64,000 bases of DNA from Haliotis cracherodii (Eukaryota): contig NW_027266265.1 of assembly GCF_022045235.1 (NCBI RefSeq), positions 36,704,001-36,768,000 on the forward strand, read 5' to 3'. Each line of letters starts with the position of its first letter. Position 1 is the stretch's first letter. A program made the position numbers and the translations under genes. Under the pieces are notes generated by a model that saw only the letters and a program-made list of their open reading frames with translations, did no database searches and had not been told where the DNA came from. Of this stretch, positions 51,524 to 64,000 are shown piece after piece.

Positions 51524-52131
51524 ATGATGAAGATAGTCGCCGCTCTTGTTGCCTGCCTGGCTGTTACCGCCTTTGCCGAGCCTACCGGTCTGTATGGTGG
51601 AATTGGCGGGTTGAAAGGAGGACTGGGCGGAATTGGCTACGGAATGGGTGGATTGTACGGAGGCCTTGGAGGTCTTGGAGGCTATGGAGGTCTGTACGGA
51701 GGCATGGGAGGTCTATACGGAGGCATGGGAGGTCTATACGGAGGCATGGGAGGTCTATACGGAGGCAAATACGGATACGGCATGGGAGGTCTGTACGGAG
51801 GACTTGGAGGCTATGGTGGTCTCTACGGAATGGGAGGATACGGAATTGGATTGGGAAAAGGTATTTCACAAAATATGATATCGTTTGTTTATCGTATCCG
51901 TAAATATACCTCCAGTCTCGTTTGCAAAATTGTATAATTTACCTATGTGGTATTACTATTTTCCGCGACAAAGCTGATGACATTTACAAAACATCTTTAA
52001 AACTATTCTCTGCTTTCTCTAATATTTGGTATAATTTATCATGCAGCTAGTTTCAAGACTTCGTTGTGACTTATCCATACATCCCAACTTTATTCTACTA
52101 TTTTTTTGTTTCAGGTATCGGCTATTATTGA
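51524..52131 (+). CDS. Secreted Gly/Tyr-rich GGLY-repeat protein, copy 11
   Basis: Same structure as copy 2; intact. Confidence 0.88.
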
Positions 52132-55100
52132 GTTATTATCACCTGCAGTGTGATGCTGGCTATTTATGTATTTTCTCAAACCAATGGAATTGGTTCAATA
52201 AAATCTTGTCATATTTATTTACGCCTTGAAATTTGTTTGAAAATCTTAATCTGAATTGAATGTTCACAATGGAAGAGTGATCTATGTTTCTCCATATTGT
52301 AAACTGTGGACATAGTACGTGTTGTCGACCAATATCCAAGCACACTTCAATGATATTGCGTTTTACTGCTAGCTGAGATATCAACTACTGAAATGTGCTA
52401 TTAAGTTCCTGAGGAAACCGGACATGATGATAAGAGGAGGGATTTTATGCTTGATATATCTCCCACAAAATGTCACTTACCCGAGTTCATGTTTCACGGA
52501 ATATATCATTTGGGCTGCCAGAAAAGGGTTTGATAGCCATTTAAGTACCATAATATCTTGAATTGGCTGTCTGTATTTCAATTTGCATTTTAAAAATATG
52601 CAGCGAAACAAATAAGCAGGCGTGTCAATTTTTGTCAAAGCAGTCATTGACGATATCAAGGGGTAGACAGTGTGCACTGTATTGAAATGCAAATGTGTGC
52701 GCTGTCCTTGAAAATGAGCGATAGTTGTATTCACAATACAATCTACATGTTGTTATGGCTCTTTGTATAAGTAATATCTGAGCTGCTGCAATAAAACAAA
52801 CCCGAAAGCCATAGTGATGTAGAGCATCAAAACAAATGTTGCAAGATTCTTACTGCTTGGTTAGAAGGGAATGCAAACAGTTGGAATTTCCATGACAATA
52901 ACATATCTTTACAGTTTATCAATTACACAAACAAAACGATTGAATTCAAAAGTAACTATTAAATACGCTTGTCCGGGTATAGCTTATCAACCTACAAATT
53001 ATTTGTAATTTCCATCAAACATGTACTTCTTGATTTGATGATGCAATTTAACATTTTGCATACTGCTTATGTAATTAATAGGAGAAGTATCTATATAGAT
53101 ATTTAGTTGTGTGTTTACTAACCACCTTCCCTGTAGGTGCTATTTGAAAAATACATATTGATTAAATCAGACCGCGAATTTGAAGATTCCGAACTGGATT
53201 GGTAGGATTGAAGATTACAATGAACAAACAAATAGCTAATATATCCCTATTGTTTGACTACAAAGCAAAAGTGACAATCATTTATCAATACAAAGGAGAT
53301 TGCATTTGGTAACTGTAGAGAGTGAAATTCAGCGGAATAAATAGTCCAACTTTAAAGCGTGTCATAAGTCTTTATAACAACAACCAGACTGTAAAAACAA
53401 GTCGTTTGATCATGTCTATCTTTGAAAACACCTTTGTGTTATACTTTAAGAGCATTTTCTTCTGAAAACACACGTCTTTACTTTTAGATGTACGGTTTTT
53501 CTGGGCAACCCTTATATAGTTACACATTGTCAAACTGATTTGCGCATGTTTTATTCTTGGTAAGAGTTTTGGTCTAAACACGCCTTAAAAGAACACAATA
53601 ATCACTATCATTACTGCTTCATCATGTCAAGGGCATACGTAAATGGTAGAGACGATTTATATACTTTCTTCTAATGTTTACGACCTAATACATTTTAGCA
53701 CAATCTTGCCTTTTACACCCAATGAAATCTGTTTCAGCAGATAATCGAGCCTGAATATTCTCTGGCGTTGACGATTTATGTAGTTAAAGGGTCATCACTG
53801 AATGATTATTATATCAATATTCAGGCGTTATCTATAGAAATTGAGATATCAATTTTAGTGATGCTCGTATTATCACAACTTCCTTGATAATGAAGTGTAC
53901 AATTATCAAGATAATATGTTGAAGATAAGAGAGTTTTCTCAAGAAACGCAGTTGCAAATAAACGCCACAAAACCCTTTTCAGAATCATTCGAAAGCTGTG
54001 CTCGAAGCAGCAGAGGCCATTGTACGATTCCGACTATAATGATCACAAGCATGTGCGTATGAATGACTATCAGATAGTGGAGTAGAATAGGTCTTCAGCA
54101 ACCCATGCTTGCCGTAAAAGGTGGATATATATGCTTGTCGTAAAAGGCGTCTAACGGGATCGGGTGGTCAGGCTCGCTGACTTGATTGATGCATGTCATC
54201 GATCCCAATTGCGTGGATCGATGCTAATGATTTTAATCACTGGATTGTCTGGTCCAGACTCGATTATTTACAGACCGCCGTCATATAGCTGGAATATTGT
54301 TGAGTGCGGCGTTAAACAACCAACCAACCAACTAACCAACCAGATAGTGATGATACCTGGCGGTTGCCAAAAAGTAAGCGTATCCTTCCTCATCGGTTCC
54401 ACCGTCACAAACACATATAAAGACAAGTCAACAAAGACCACAAAACAAGCTGTTGTTCATATGTCAATCATGTTTTCAGAAGACATTGGTGTACTTTCGG
54501 CTTTTAACAGATACTACACGCATAAAAAGATGTTGTGAGTTTTCATAGTGACAGTCCCTTTGTGAGAAGAAACCAATATATGTCCCTTTCAGTTAGGAAA
54601 TAAAGCTGTTGTAGTTTATAGTTAATGTGCAGTAAGATAAATAAAATTCGGGGAGAATAATGTAGTATCTGGGGACTTCTGCAGTATATTCAGCAGAGGC
54701 TATTTTCTTGTGAGCAGGCTGCTGTATTACACGGAAACGGTTAGCATAGTTGACCCCGTGTGGTACAGTGCTACTGCTGTACTGTGGCGAGGCTGTACTG
54801 GTGTGTTGCGTCAGTTTTCTGGTCTCTTGTTATGTCGTATCACACAGATGCATTATAATGTCTGATGTATGTTGCTCCCACATCATATATTTACTGGATA
54901 CACACTTTTCAGACCGTTATCGAATATTTACTTAATAAAGGTTAAAGTGAGTGAGTGAGTATGGTTTTACGCCGCTTTTAGCAATATTCCAGCAATATTA
55001 CGTCGGGGGACATCAGCAATGGGCTTCACACATTGTACCCATGTCGGAAATCGAACCCGTGTCTTCGGCGTAACGAGCGAACGCTTTAACCACTAGGCTA

Positions 55101-55765
55101 CCCGACCGCCCCTAAATGATATAGGTTAAACGTTGAGTATCGAGGACTGTTTGAAATGCAGTTAGACGATTCCAGAGAGAGTGTCTCTGTTTGCCACCTT
55201 TATATACGTTGTCTTGTACTTCCTTAATCGATGTTCATGAATACCAGCTCGCATGTGTACCCGTAGGGTGATAACCTCGGGCCCTTTGATGCGAAAAGAA
55301 TGCTTACTTTACACCATTAAGCTGAGGTGCGTTACTTACCTGGAAGTGGCCAGCCCAAGGTAAATCAATCACGTATAATTCACAAATGGTATATATAAAG
55401 GACGGGGGAAACTGTTCCATCATCTCTTATCTTCACCTTCCGTTGAGACACAGATACGAGTAAAGACCAAACTGCAAGTACTATTTTAAGCTTTGCTTGT
55501 GATATATATGTATACTTTTAATTTTTGATTCATCTGCTGCGCATCTGGCTGCTTTTAACCTTCATGTTGAGCCAATTTATAAAAGTACGAATATGTAACA
55601 TAAAACGTTCTTGTAAATTGGGAAATATATGAATGCGGGTGAAATTAAAACTGATAACATAATTCACAATGAGTGGTGTGAACTGAATTTACCAGATGAG
55701 TAACGATAACATGCTATTTTACCTTTCTTGACAATGATTTTCACGTTACTCAATAGATACTCAAA

Positions 55766-56373
55766 ATGATGAAGATAGTCGCCGCTCTTGTTGCCTGCCT
55801 GGCTGTTACCGCCTTTGCCGAGCCTACCGGTCTGTATGGTGGAATTGGCGGGTTGAAAGGAGGACTGGGCGGAATTGGCTACGGAATGGGTGGATTGTAC
55901 GGAGGCCTTGGAGGTCTTGGAGGCTATGGAGGTCTGTACGGAGGCATGGGAGGTCTATACGGAGGCATGGGAGGTCTATACGGAGGCATGGGAGGTCTAT
56001 ACGGAGGCAAATACGGATACGGCATGGGAGGTCTGTACGGAGGACTTGGAGGCTATGGTGGTCTCTACGGAATGGGAGGATACGGAATTGGATTGGGAAA
56101 AGGTATTTCACAAAATATGATATCGTTTGTTTATCGTATCCGTAAATATACCTCCAGTCTCGTTTGCAAAATTGTATAATTTACCTATGTGGTATTACTA
56201 TTTTCCGCGACAAAGCTGATGACATTTACAAAACATCTTTAAAACTATTCTCTGCTTTCTCTAATATTTGGTATAATTTATCATGCAGCTAGTTTCAAGA
56301 CTTCGTTGTGACTTATCCATACATCCCAACTTTATTCTACTATTTTTTTGTTTCAGGTATCGGCTATTATTGA
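55766..56373 (+). CDS. Secreted Gly/Tyr-rich GGLY-repeat protein, copy 12
   Basis: Same structure as copy 2; intact. Confidence 0.88.
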
Positions 56374-59300
56374 GTTATTATCACCTGCAGTGTGATGCTG
56401 GCTATTTATGTATTTTCTCAAACCAATGGAATTGGTTCAATAAAATCTTGTCATATTTATTTACGCCTTGAAATTTGTTTGAAAATCTTAATCTGAATTG
56501 AATGTTCACAATGGAAGAGTGATCTATGTTTCTCCATATTGTAAACTGTGGACATAGTACGTGTTGTCGACCAATATCCAAGCACACTTCAATGATATTG
56601 CGTTTTACTGCTAGCTGAGATATCAACTACTGAAATGTGCTATTAAGTTCCTGAGGAAACCGGACATGATGATAAGAGGAGGGATTTTATGCTTGATATA
56701 TCTCCCACAAAATGTCACTTACCCGAGTTCATGTTTCACGGAATATATCATTTGGGCTGCCAGAAAAGGGTTTGATAGCCATTTAAGTACCATAATATCT
56801 TGAATTGGCTGTCTGTATTTCAATTTGCATTTTAAAAATATGCAGCGAAACAAATAAGCAGGCGTGTCAATTTTTGTCAAAGCAGTCATTGACGATATCA
56901 AGGGGTAGACAGTGTGCACTGTATTGAAATGCAAATGTGTGCGCTGTCCTTGAAAATGAGCGATAGTTGTATTCACAATACAATCTACATGTTGTTATGG
57001 CTCTTTGTATAAGTAATATCTGAGCTGCTGCAATAAAACAAACCCGAAAGCCATAGTGATGTAGAGCATCAAAACAAATGTTGCAAGATTCTTACTGCTT
57101 GGTTAGAAGGGAATGCAAACAGTTGGAATTTCCATGACAATAACATATCTTTACAGTTTATCAATTACACAAACAAAACGATTGAATTCAAAAGTAACTA
57201 TTAAATACGCTTGTCCGGGTATAGCTTATCAACCTACGAATTATTTGTAATTTCCATCAAACATGTACTTCTTGATTTGATGATGCAATTTAACATTTTG
57301 CATACTGCTTATGTAATTAATAGGAGAAGTATCTATATAGATATTTAGTTGTGTGTTTACTAACCACCTTCCCTGTAGGTGCTATTTGAAAAATACATAT
57401 TGATTAAATCAGACCGCGAATTTGAAGATTCCGAACTGGATTGGTAGGATTGAAGATTACAATGAACAAACAAATAGCTAATATATCCCTATTGTTTGAC
57501 TACAAAGCAAAAGTGACAATCATTTATCAATACAAAGGAGATTGCATTTGGTAACTGTAGAGAGTGAAATTCAGCGGAATAAATAGTCCAACTTTAAAGC
57601 GTGTCATAAGTCTTTATAACAACAACCAGACTGTAAAAACAAGTCGTTTGATCATGTCTATCTTTGAAAACACCTTTGTGTTATACTTTAAGAGCATTTT
57701 CTTCTGAAAACACACGTCTTTACTTTTAGATGTACGGTTTTTCTGGGCAACCCTTATATAGTTACACATTGTCAAACTGATTTGCGCATGTTTTATTCTT
57801 GGTAAGAGTTTTGGTCTAAACACGCCTTAAAAGAACACAATAATCACTATCACTACTGCTTCATCATGTCAAGGGCATACGTAAATGGTAGAGACGATTT
57901 ATATACTTTCTTCTAATGTTTACGACCTAATACATTTTAGCACAATCTTGCCTTTTACACCCAATGAAATCCGTTTCAGCAGATAATCGAGCCTGAATAT
58001 TCTCTGGCGTTGACGATTTATGTAGTTAAAGGGTCATCACTGAATGATTATTATATCAATATTCAGGCGTTATCTATAGAAATTGAGATATCAAATTTAG
58101 TGATGCTCGTATTATCACAAATTCCTTGATAATGAAGCGTACAATTATCAAGATAATATGTTGAAGATAAGAGAGTTTTCTCAAGAAACGCAGTTGCAAA
58201 TAAACGCCACAAAACCCTTTTCAGAATCATTCGAAAGCTGTGCTCGAAGCAGCAGAGGCCATTGTACGATTCCGACTATAATGATCACAAGCATGTGCGT
58301 ATGAATGACTATCAGATAGTGGAGTAGAATAGGTCTTCAGCAACCCATGCTTGCCGTAAAAGGTGGATATATATGCTTGTCGTAAAAGGCGTCTAACGGG
58401 ATCGGGTGGTCAGGCTCGCTGACTTGATTGATGCATGTCATCGATCCCAATTGCGTGGATCGATGCTAATGATTTTAATCACTGGATTGTCTGGTCCAGA
58501 CTCGATTATTTACAGACCGCCGTCATATAGCTGGAATATTGTTGAGTGCGGCGTTAAACAACCAACCAACCAACTAACCAACCAGATAGTGATGATACCT
58601 GGCGGTTGCCAAAAAGTAAGCGTATCCTTCCTCATCGGTTCCACCGTCACAAACACATATAAAGACAAGTCAACAAAGACCACAAAACAAGCTGTTGTTC
58701 ATATGTCAATCATGTTTTCAGAAGACATTGGTGTACTTTCGGCTTTTAACAGATACTACACGCATAAAAAGATGTTGTGAGTTTTCATAGTGACAGTCCC
58801 TTTGTGAGAAGAAACCAATATATGTCCCTTTCAGTTAGGAAATAAAGCTGTTGTAGTTTATAGTTAATGTGCAGTAAGATAAATAAAATTCGGGGAGAAT
58901 AATGTAGTATCTGGGGACTTCTGCAGTATATTCGGCAGAGGCTATTTTCTTGTGAGCAGGCTGCTGTATTACACGGAAACGGTTAGCATAGTTGACCCCG
59001 TGTGGTACAGTGCTACTGCTGTACTGTGGCGAGGCTGTACTGGTGTGTTGCGTCAGTTTTCTGGTCTCTTGTTATGTCGTATCACACAGATGCATTATAA
59101 TGTCTGATGTATGTTGCTCCCACATCATATATTTACTGGATACACACTTTTCAGACCGTTATCGAATATTTACTTAATAAAGGTTAAAGTGAGTGAGTGA
59201 GTATGGTTTTACGCCGCTTTTAGCAATATTCCAGCAATATTACGTCGGGGGACATCAGCAATGGGCTTCACACATTGTACCCATGTCGGAAATCGAACCC

Positions 59301-60007
59301 GTGTCTTCGGCGTAACGAGCGAACGCTTTAACCACTAGGCTACCCGACCGCCCCTAAATGATATAGGTTAAACGTTGAGTATCGAGGACTGTTTGAAATG
59401 CAGTTAGACGATTCCAGAGAGAGTGTCTCTGTTTGCCACCTTTATATACGTTGTCTTGTACTTCCTTAATCGATGTTCATGAATACCAGCTCGCATGTGT
59501 ACCCGTAGGGTGATAACCTCGGGCCCTTTGATGCGAAAAGAATGCTTACTTTACACCATTAAGCTGAGGTGCGTTACTTACCTGGAAGTGGCCAGCCCAA
59601 GGTAAATCAATCACGTATAATTCACAAATGGTATATATAAAGGACGGGGGAAACTGTTCCATCATCTCTTATCTTCACCTTCCGTTGAGACACAGATACG
59701 AGTAAAGACCAAACTGCAAGTACTATTTTAAGCTTTGCTTGTGATATATATGTATACTTTTAATTTTTGATTCATCTGCTGCGCATCTGGCTGCTTTTAA
59801 CCTTCATGTTGAGCCAATTTATAAAAGTACGAATATGTAACATAAAACGTTCTTGTAAATTGGGAAATATATGAATGCGGGTGAAATTAAAACTGATAAC
59901 ATAATTCACAATGAGTGGTGTGAACTGAATTTACCAGATGAGTAACGATAACATGCTATTTTACCTTTCTTGACAATGATTTTCACGTTACTCAATAGAT
60001 ACTCAAA

Positions 60008-60615
60008 ATGATGAAGATAGTCGCCGCTCTTGTTGCCTGCCTGGCTGTTACCGCCTTTGCCGAGCCTACCGGTCTGTATGGTGGAATTGGCGGGTTGAAA
60101 GGAGGACTGGGCGGAATTGGCTACGGAATGGGTGGATTGTACGGAGGCCTTGGAGGTCTTGGAGGCTATGGAGGTCTGTACGGAGGCATGGGAGGTCTAT
60201 ACGGAGGCATGGGAGGTCTATACGGAGGCATGGGAGGTCTATACGGAGGCAAATACGGATACGGCATGGGAGGTCTGTACGGAGGACTTGGAGGCTATGG
60301 TGGTCTCTACGGAATGGGAGGATACGGAATTGGATTGGGAAAAGGTATTTCACAAAATATGATATCGTTTGTTTATCGTATCCGTAAATATACCTCCAGT
60401 CTCGTTTGCAAAATTGTATAATTTACCTATGTGGTATTACTATTTTCCGCGACAAAGCTGATGACATTTACAAAACATCTTTAAAACTATTCTCTGCTTT
60501 CTCTAATATTTGGTATAATTTATCATGCAGCTAGTTTCAAGACTTCGTTGTGACTTATCCATACATCCCAACTTTATTCTACTATTTTTTTGTTTCAGGT
60601 ATCGGCTATTATTGA
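60008..60615 (+). CDS. Secreted Gly/Tyr-rich GGLY-repeat protein, copy 13
   Basis: Same structure as copy 2; intact. Confidence 0.88.
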
Positions 60616-63600
60616 GTTATTATCACCTGCAGTGTGATGCTGGCTATTTATGTATTTTCTCAAACCAATGGAATTGGTTCAATAAAATCTTGTCATATTT
60701 ATTTACGCCTTGAAATTTGTTTGAAAATCTTAATCTGAATTGAATGTTCACAATGGAAGAGTGATCTATGTTTCTCCATATTGTAAACTGTGGACATAGT
60801 ACGTGTTGTCGACCAATATCCAAGCACACTTCAATGATATTGCGTTTTACTGCTAGCTGAGATATCAACTACTGAAATGTGCTATTAAGTTCCTGAGGAA
60901 ACCGGACATGATGATAAGAGGAGGGATTTTATGCTTGATATATCTCCCACAAAATGTCACTTACCCGAGTTCATGTTTCACGGAATATATCATTTGGGCT
61001 GCCAGAAAAGGGTTTGATAGCCATTTAAGTACCATAATATCTTGAATTGGCTGTCTGTATTTCAATTTGCATTTTAAAAATATGCAGCGAAACAAATAAG
61101 CAGGCGTGTCAATTTTTGTCAAAGCAGTCATTGACGATATCAAGGGGTAGACAGTGTGCACTGTATTGAAATGCAAATGTGTGCGCTGTCCTTGAAAATG
61201 AGCGATAGTTGTATTCAGAATACAATCTACATGTTGTTATGGCTCTTTGTATAAGTAATATCTGAGCTGCTGCAATAAAACAAACCCGAAAGCCATAGTG
61301 ATGTAGAGCATCAAAACAAATGTTGCAAGATTCTTACTGCTTGGTTAGAAGGGAATGCAAACAGTTGGAATTTCCATGACAATAACATATCTTTACAGTT
61401 TATCAATTACACAAACAAAACGATTGAATTCAAAAGTAACTATTAAATACGCTTGTCCGGGTATAGCTTATCAACCTACGAATTATTTGTAATTTCCATC
61501 AAACATGTACTTCTTGATTTGATGATGCAATTTAACATTTTGCATACTGCTTATGTAATTAATAGGAGAAGTATCTATATAGATATTTAGTTGTGTGTTT
61601 ACTAACCACCTTCCCTGTAGGTGCTATTTGAAAAATACATATTGATTAAATCAGACCGCGAATTTGAAGATTCCGAACTGGATTGGTAGGATTGAAGATT
61701 ACAATGAACAAACAAATAGCTAATATATCCCTATTGTTTGACTACAAAGCAAAAGTGACAATCATTTATCAATACAAAGGAGATTGCATTTGGTAACTGT
61801 AGAGAGTGAAATTCAGCGGAATAAATAGTCCAACTTTAAAGCGTGTCATAAGTCTTTATAACAACAACCAGACTGTAAAAACAAGTCGTTTGATCATGTC
61901 TATCTTTGAAAACACCTTTGTGTTATACTTTAAGAGCATTTTCTTCTGAAAACACACGTCTTTACTTTTAGATGTACGGTTTTTCTGGGCAACCCTTATA
62001 TAGTTACACATTGTCAAACTGATTTGCGCATGTTTTATTCTTGGTAAGAGTTTTGGTCTAAACACACCTTAAAAGAACACAATAATCACTATCACTACTG
62101 CTTCATCATGTCAAGGGCATACGTAAATGGTAGAGACGATTTATATACTTTCTTCTAATGTTTACGACCTAATACATTTTAGCACAATCTTGCCTTTTAC
62201 ACCCAATGAAATCTGTTTCAGCAGATAATCGAGCCTGAATATTCTCTGGCGTTGACGATTTATGTAGTTAAAGAGTCATCACTGAATGATTATTATATCA
62301 ATATTCAGGCGTTATCTATAGAAATTGAGATATCAATTTTAGTGATGCTCGTATTATCACAACTTCCTTGATAATGAAGTGTACAATTATCAAGATAATA
62401 TGTTGAAGATAAGAGAGTTTTCTCAAGAAACGCAGTTGCAAATAAACGCCACAAAACCCTTTTCAGAATCATTCGAAAGCTGTGCTCGAAGCAGCAGAGG
62501 CCATTGTACGATTCCGACTATAATGATCACAAGCATGTGCGTATGAATGACTATCAGATAGTGGAGTAGAATAGGTCTTCAGCAACCCATGCTTGCCGTA
62601 AAAGGTGGATATATATGCTTGTCGTAAAAGGCGTCTAACGGGATCGGGTGGTCAGGCTCGCTGACTTGATTGATGCATGTCATCGATCCCAATTGCGTGG
62701 ATCGATGCTAATGATTTTAATCACTGGATTGTCTGGTCCAGACTCGATTATTTACAGACCGCCGTCATATAGCTGGAATATTGTTGAGTGCGGCGTTAAA
62801 CAACCAACCAACCAACTAACCAACCAGATAGTGATGATACCTGGCGGTTGCCAAAAAGTAAGCGTATCCTTCCTCATCGGTTCCACCGTCACAAACACAT
62901 ATAAAGACAAGTCAACAAAGACCACAAAACAAGCTGTTGTTCATATGTCAATCATGTTTTCAGAAGACATTGGTGTACTTTCGGCTTTTAACAGATACTA
63001 CACGCATAAAAAGATGTTGTGAGTTTTCATAGTGACAGTCCCTTTGTGAGAAGAAACCAATATATGTCCCTTTCAGTTAGGAAATAAAGCTGTTGTAGTT
63101 TATAGTTAATGTGCAGTAAGATAAATAAAATTCGGGGAGAATAATGTAGTATCTGGGGACTTCTGCAGTATATTCAGCAGAGGCTATTTTCTTGTGAGCA
63201 GGCTGCTGTATTACACGGAAACGGTTAGCATAGTTGACCCCGTGTGGTACAGTGCTACTGCTGTACTGTGGCGAGGCTGTACTGGTGTGTTGCGTCAGTT
63301 TTCTGGTCTCTTGTTATGTCGTATCACACAGATGCATTATAATGTCTGATGTATGTTGCTCCCACATCATATATTTACTGGATACACACTTTTCAGACCG
63401 TTATCGAATATTTACTTAATAAAGGTTAAAGTGAGTGAGTGAGTATGGTTTTACGCCGCTTTTAGCAATATTCCAGCAATATTACGTCGGGGGACATCAG
63501 CAATGGGCTTCACACATTGTACCCATGTCGGAAATCGAACCCGTGTCTTCGGCGTAACGAGCGAACGCTTTAACCACTAGGCTACCCGACCGCCCCTAAA

Positions 63601-63873
63601 TGATATAGGTTAAACGTTGAGTATCGAGGACTGTTTGAAATGCAGTTAGACGATTCCAGAGAGAGTGTCTCTGTTTGCCACCTTTATATACGTTGTCTTG
63701 TACTTCCTTAATCGATGTTCATGAATACCAGCTCGCATGTGTACCCGTAGGGTGATAACCTCGGGCCCTTTGATGCGAAAAGAATGCTTACTTTACACCA
63801 TTAAGCTGAGGTGCGTTACTTACCTGGAAGTGGCCAGCCCAAGGTAAATCAATCACGTATAATTCACAAATGG

Positions 63874-63943
63874 TATATATAAAGGACGGGGGAAACTGTT
63901 CCATCATCTCTTATCTTCACCTTCCGTTGAGACACAGATACGA
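63874..63943 (+). promoter_or_regulatory. TATA box and non-coding exon 1 of gene copy 14 (CDS falls beyond the window)
   Basis: TATATATAAA at 63874-63883, at the same offset as in the other units. Confidence 0.65.
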
Positions 63944-64000
63944 GTAAAGACCAAACTGCAAGTACTATTTTAAGCTTTGCTTGTGATATATATGTATACT

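Larger units (their letters stand above)
3344..64000 (+). repeat. Head-to-tail tandem gene array, ~4,242-bp unit, 13 full units plus a partial 14th; continues past the window end
   Basis: Units start (AATCATTTATCAATAC) at 3344, 7586, 11565, 15544, 19775, 27824, 32066, 36308, 40550, 44792, 49034, 53276, 57518 and 61760. Lengths are 4242 except units 2-3 (3979; 263-bp deletion), unit 4 (4231; 11-bp deletion) and unit 5 (8049; 11-bp deletion plus 3818-bp LINE and TSD). The ORF track recurs with the same spacing. Confidence 0.98.

Noticed and set aside
3344-64000. Array as a CRISPR locus, satellite or tandem transposon (Helitron/LTR) array
   Set aside because: No repeat-spacer structure, and no transposase, Rep/helicase, LTRs or terminal repeats at unit ends. 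The unit is an ordinary spliced gene with its flanks.

Overview
AT-rich animal genomic DNA. The SINE types and the gene content suggest a mollusc, possibly a gastropod such as abalone; this is inference. 1-3343 is unique flank. It holds the last coding exon of a Cys-loop (nAChR-like) ion-channel gene, SINE remnants and a decayed Rex/Babar-like LINE. From 3344 to the window end lies a head-to-tail array of a ~4,242-bp unit: 13 complete copies plus a partial 14th, nearly identical. Each unit carries one spliced gene (TATA box, non-coding exon 1, two coding exons, AATAAA) for a 117-aa secreted Gly/Tyr/Leu-rich protein built of GGLYGG(M) repeats and ending ...GKGIGYY. The 137-aa ORF in the supplied track is a read-through into intron 2. 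Each unit also contains two SINEs with target-site duplications and a palindrome/GATA-motif cluster. Structural variants record the array's history: a 263-bp deletion (units 2-3), an 11-bp deletion (units 4-5) and a young 5'-truncated RNase H-bearing I-group LINE with a 7-bp TSD (unit 5). The LINE sits one base from the 263-bp deletion breakpoint, and the three affected units share a private SNP.
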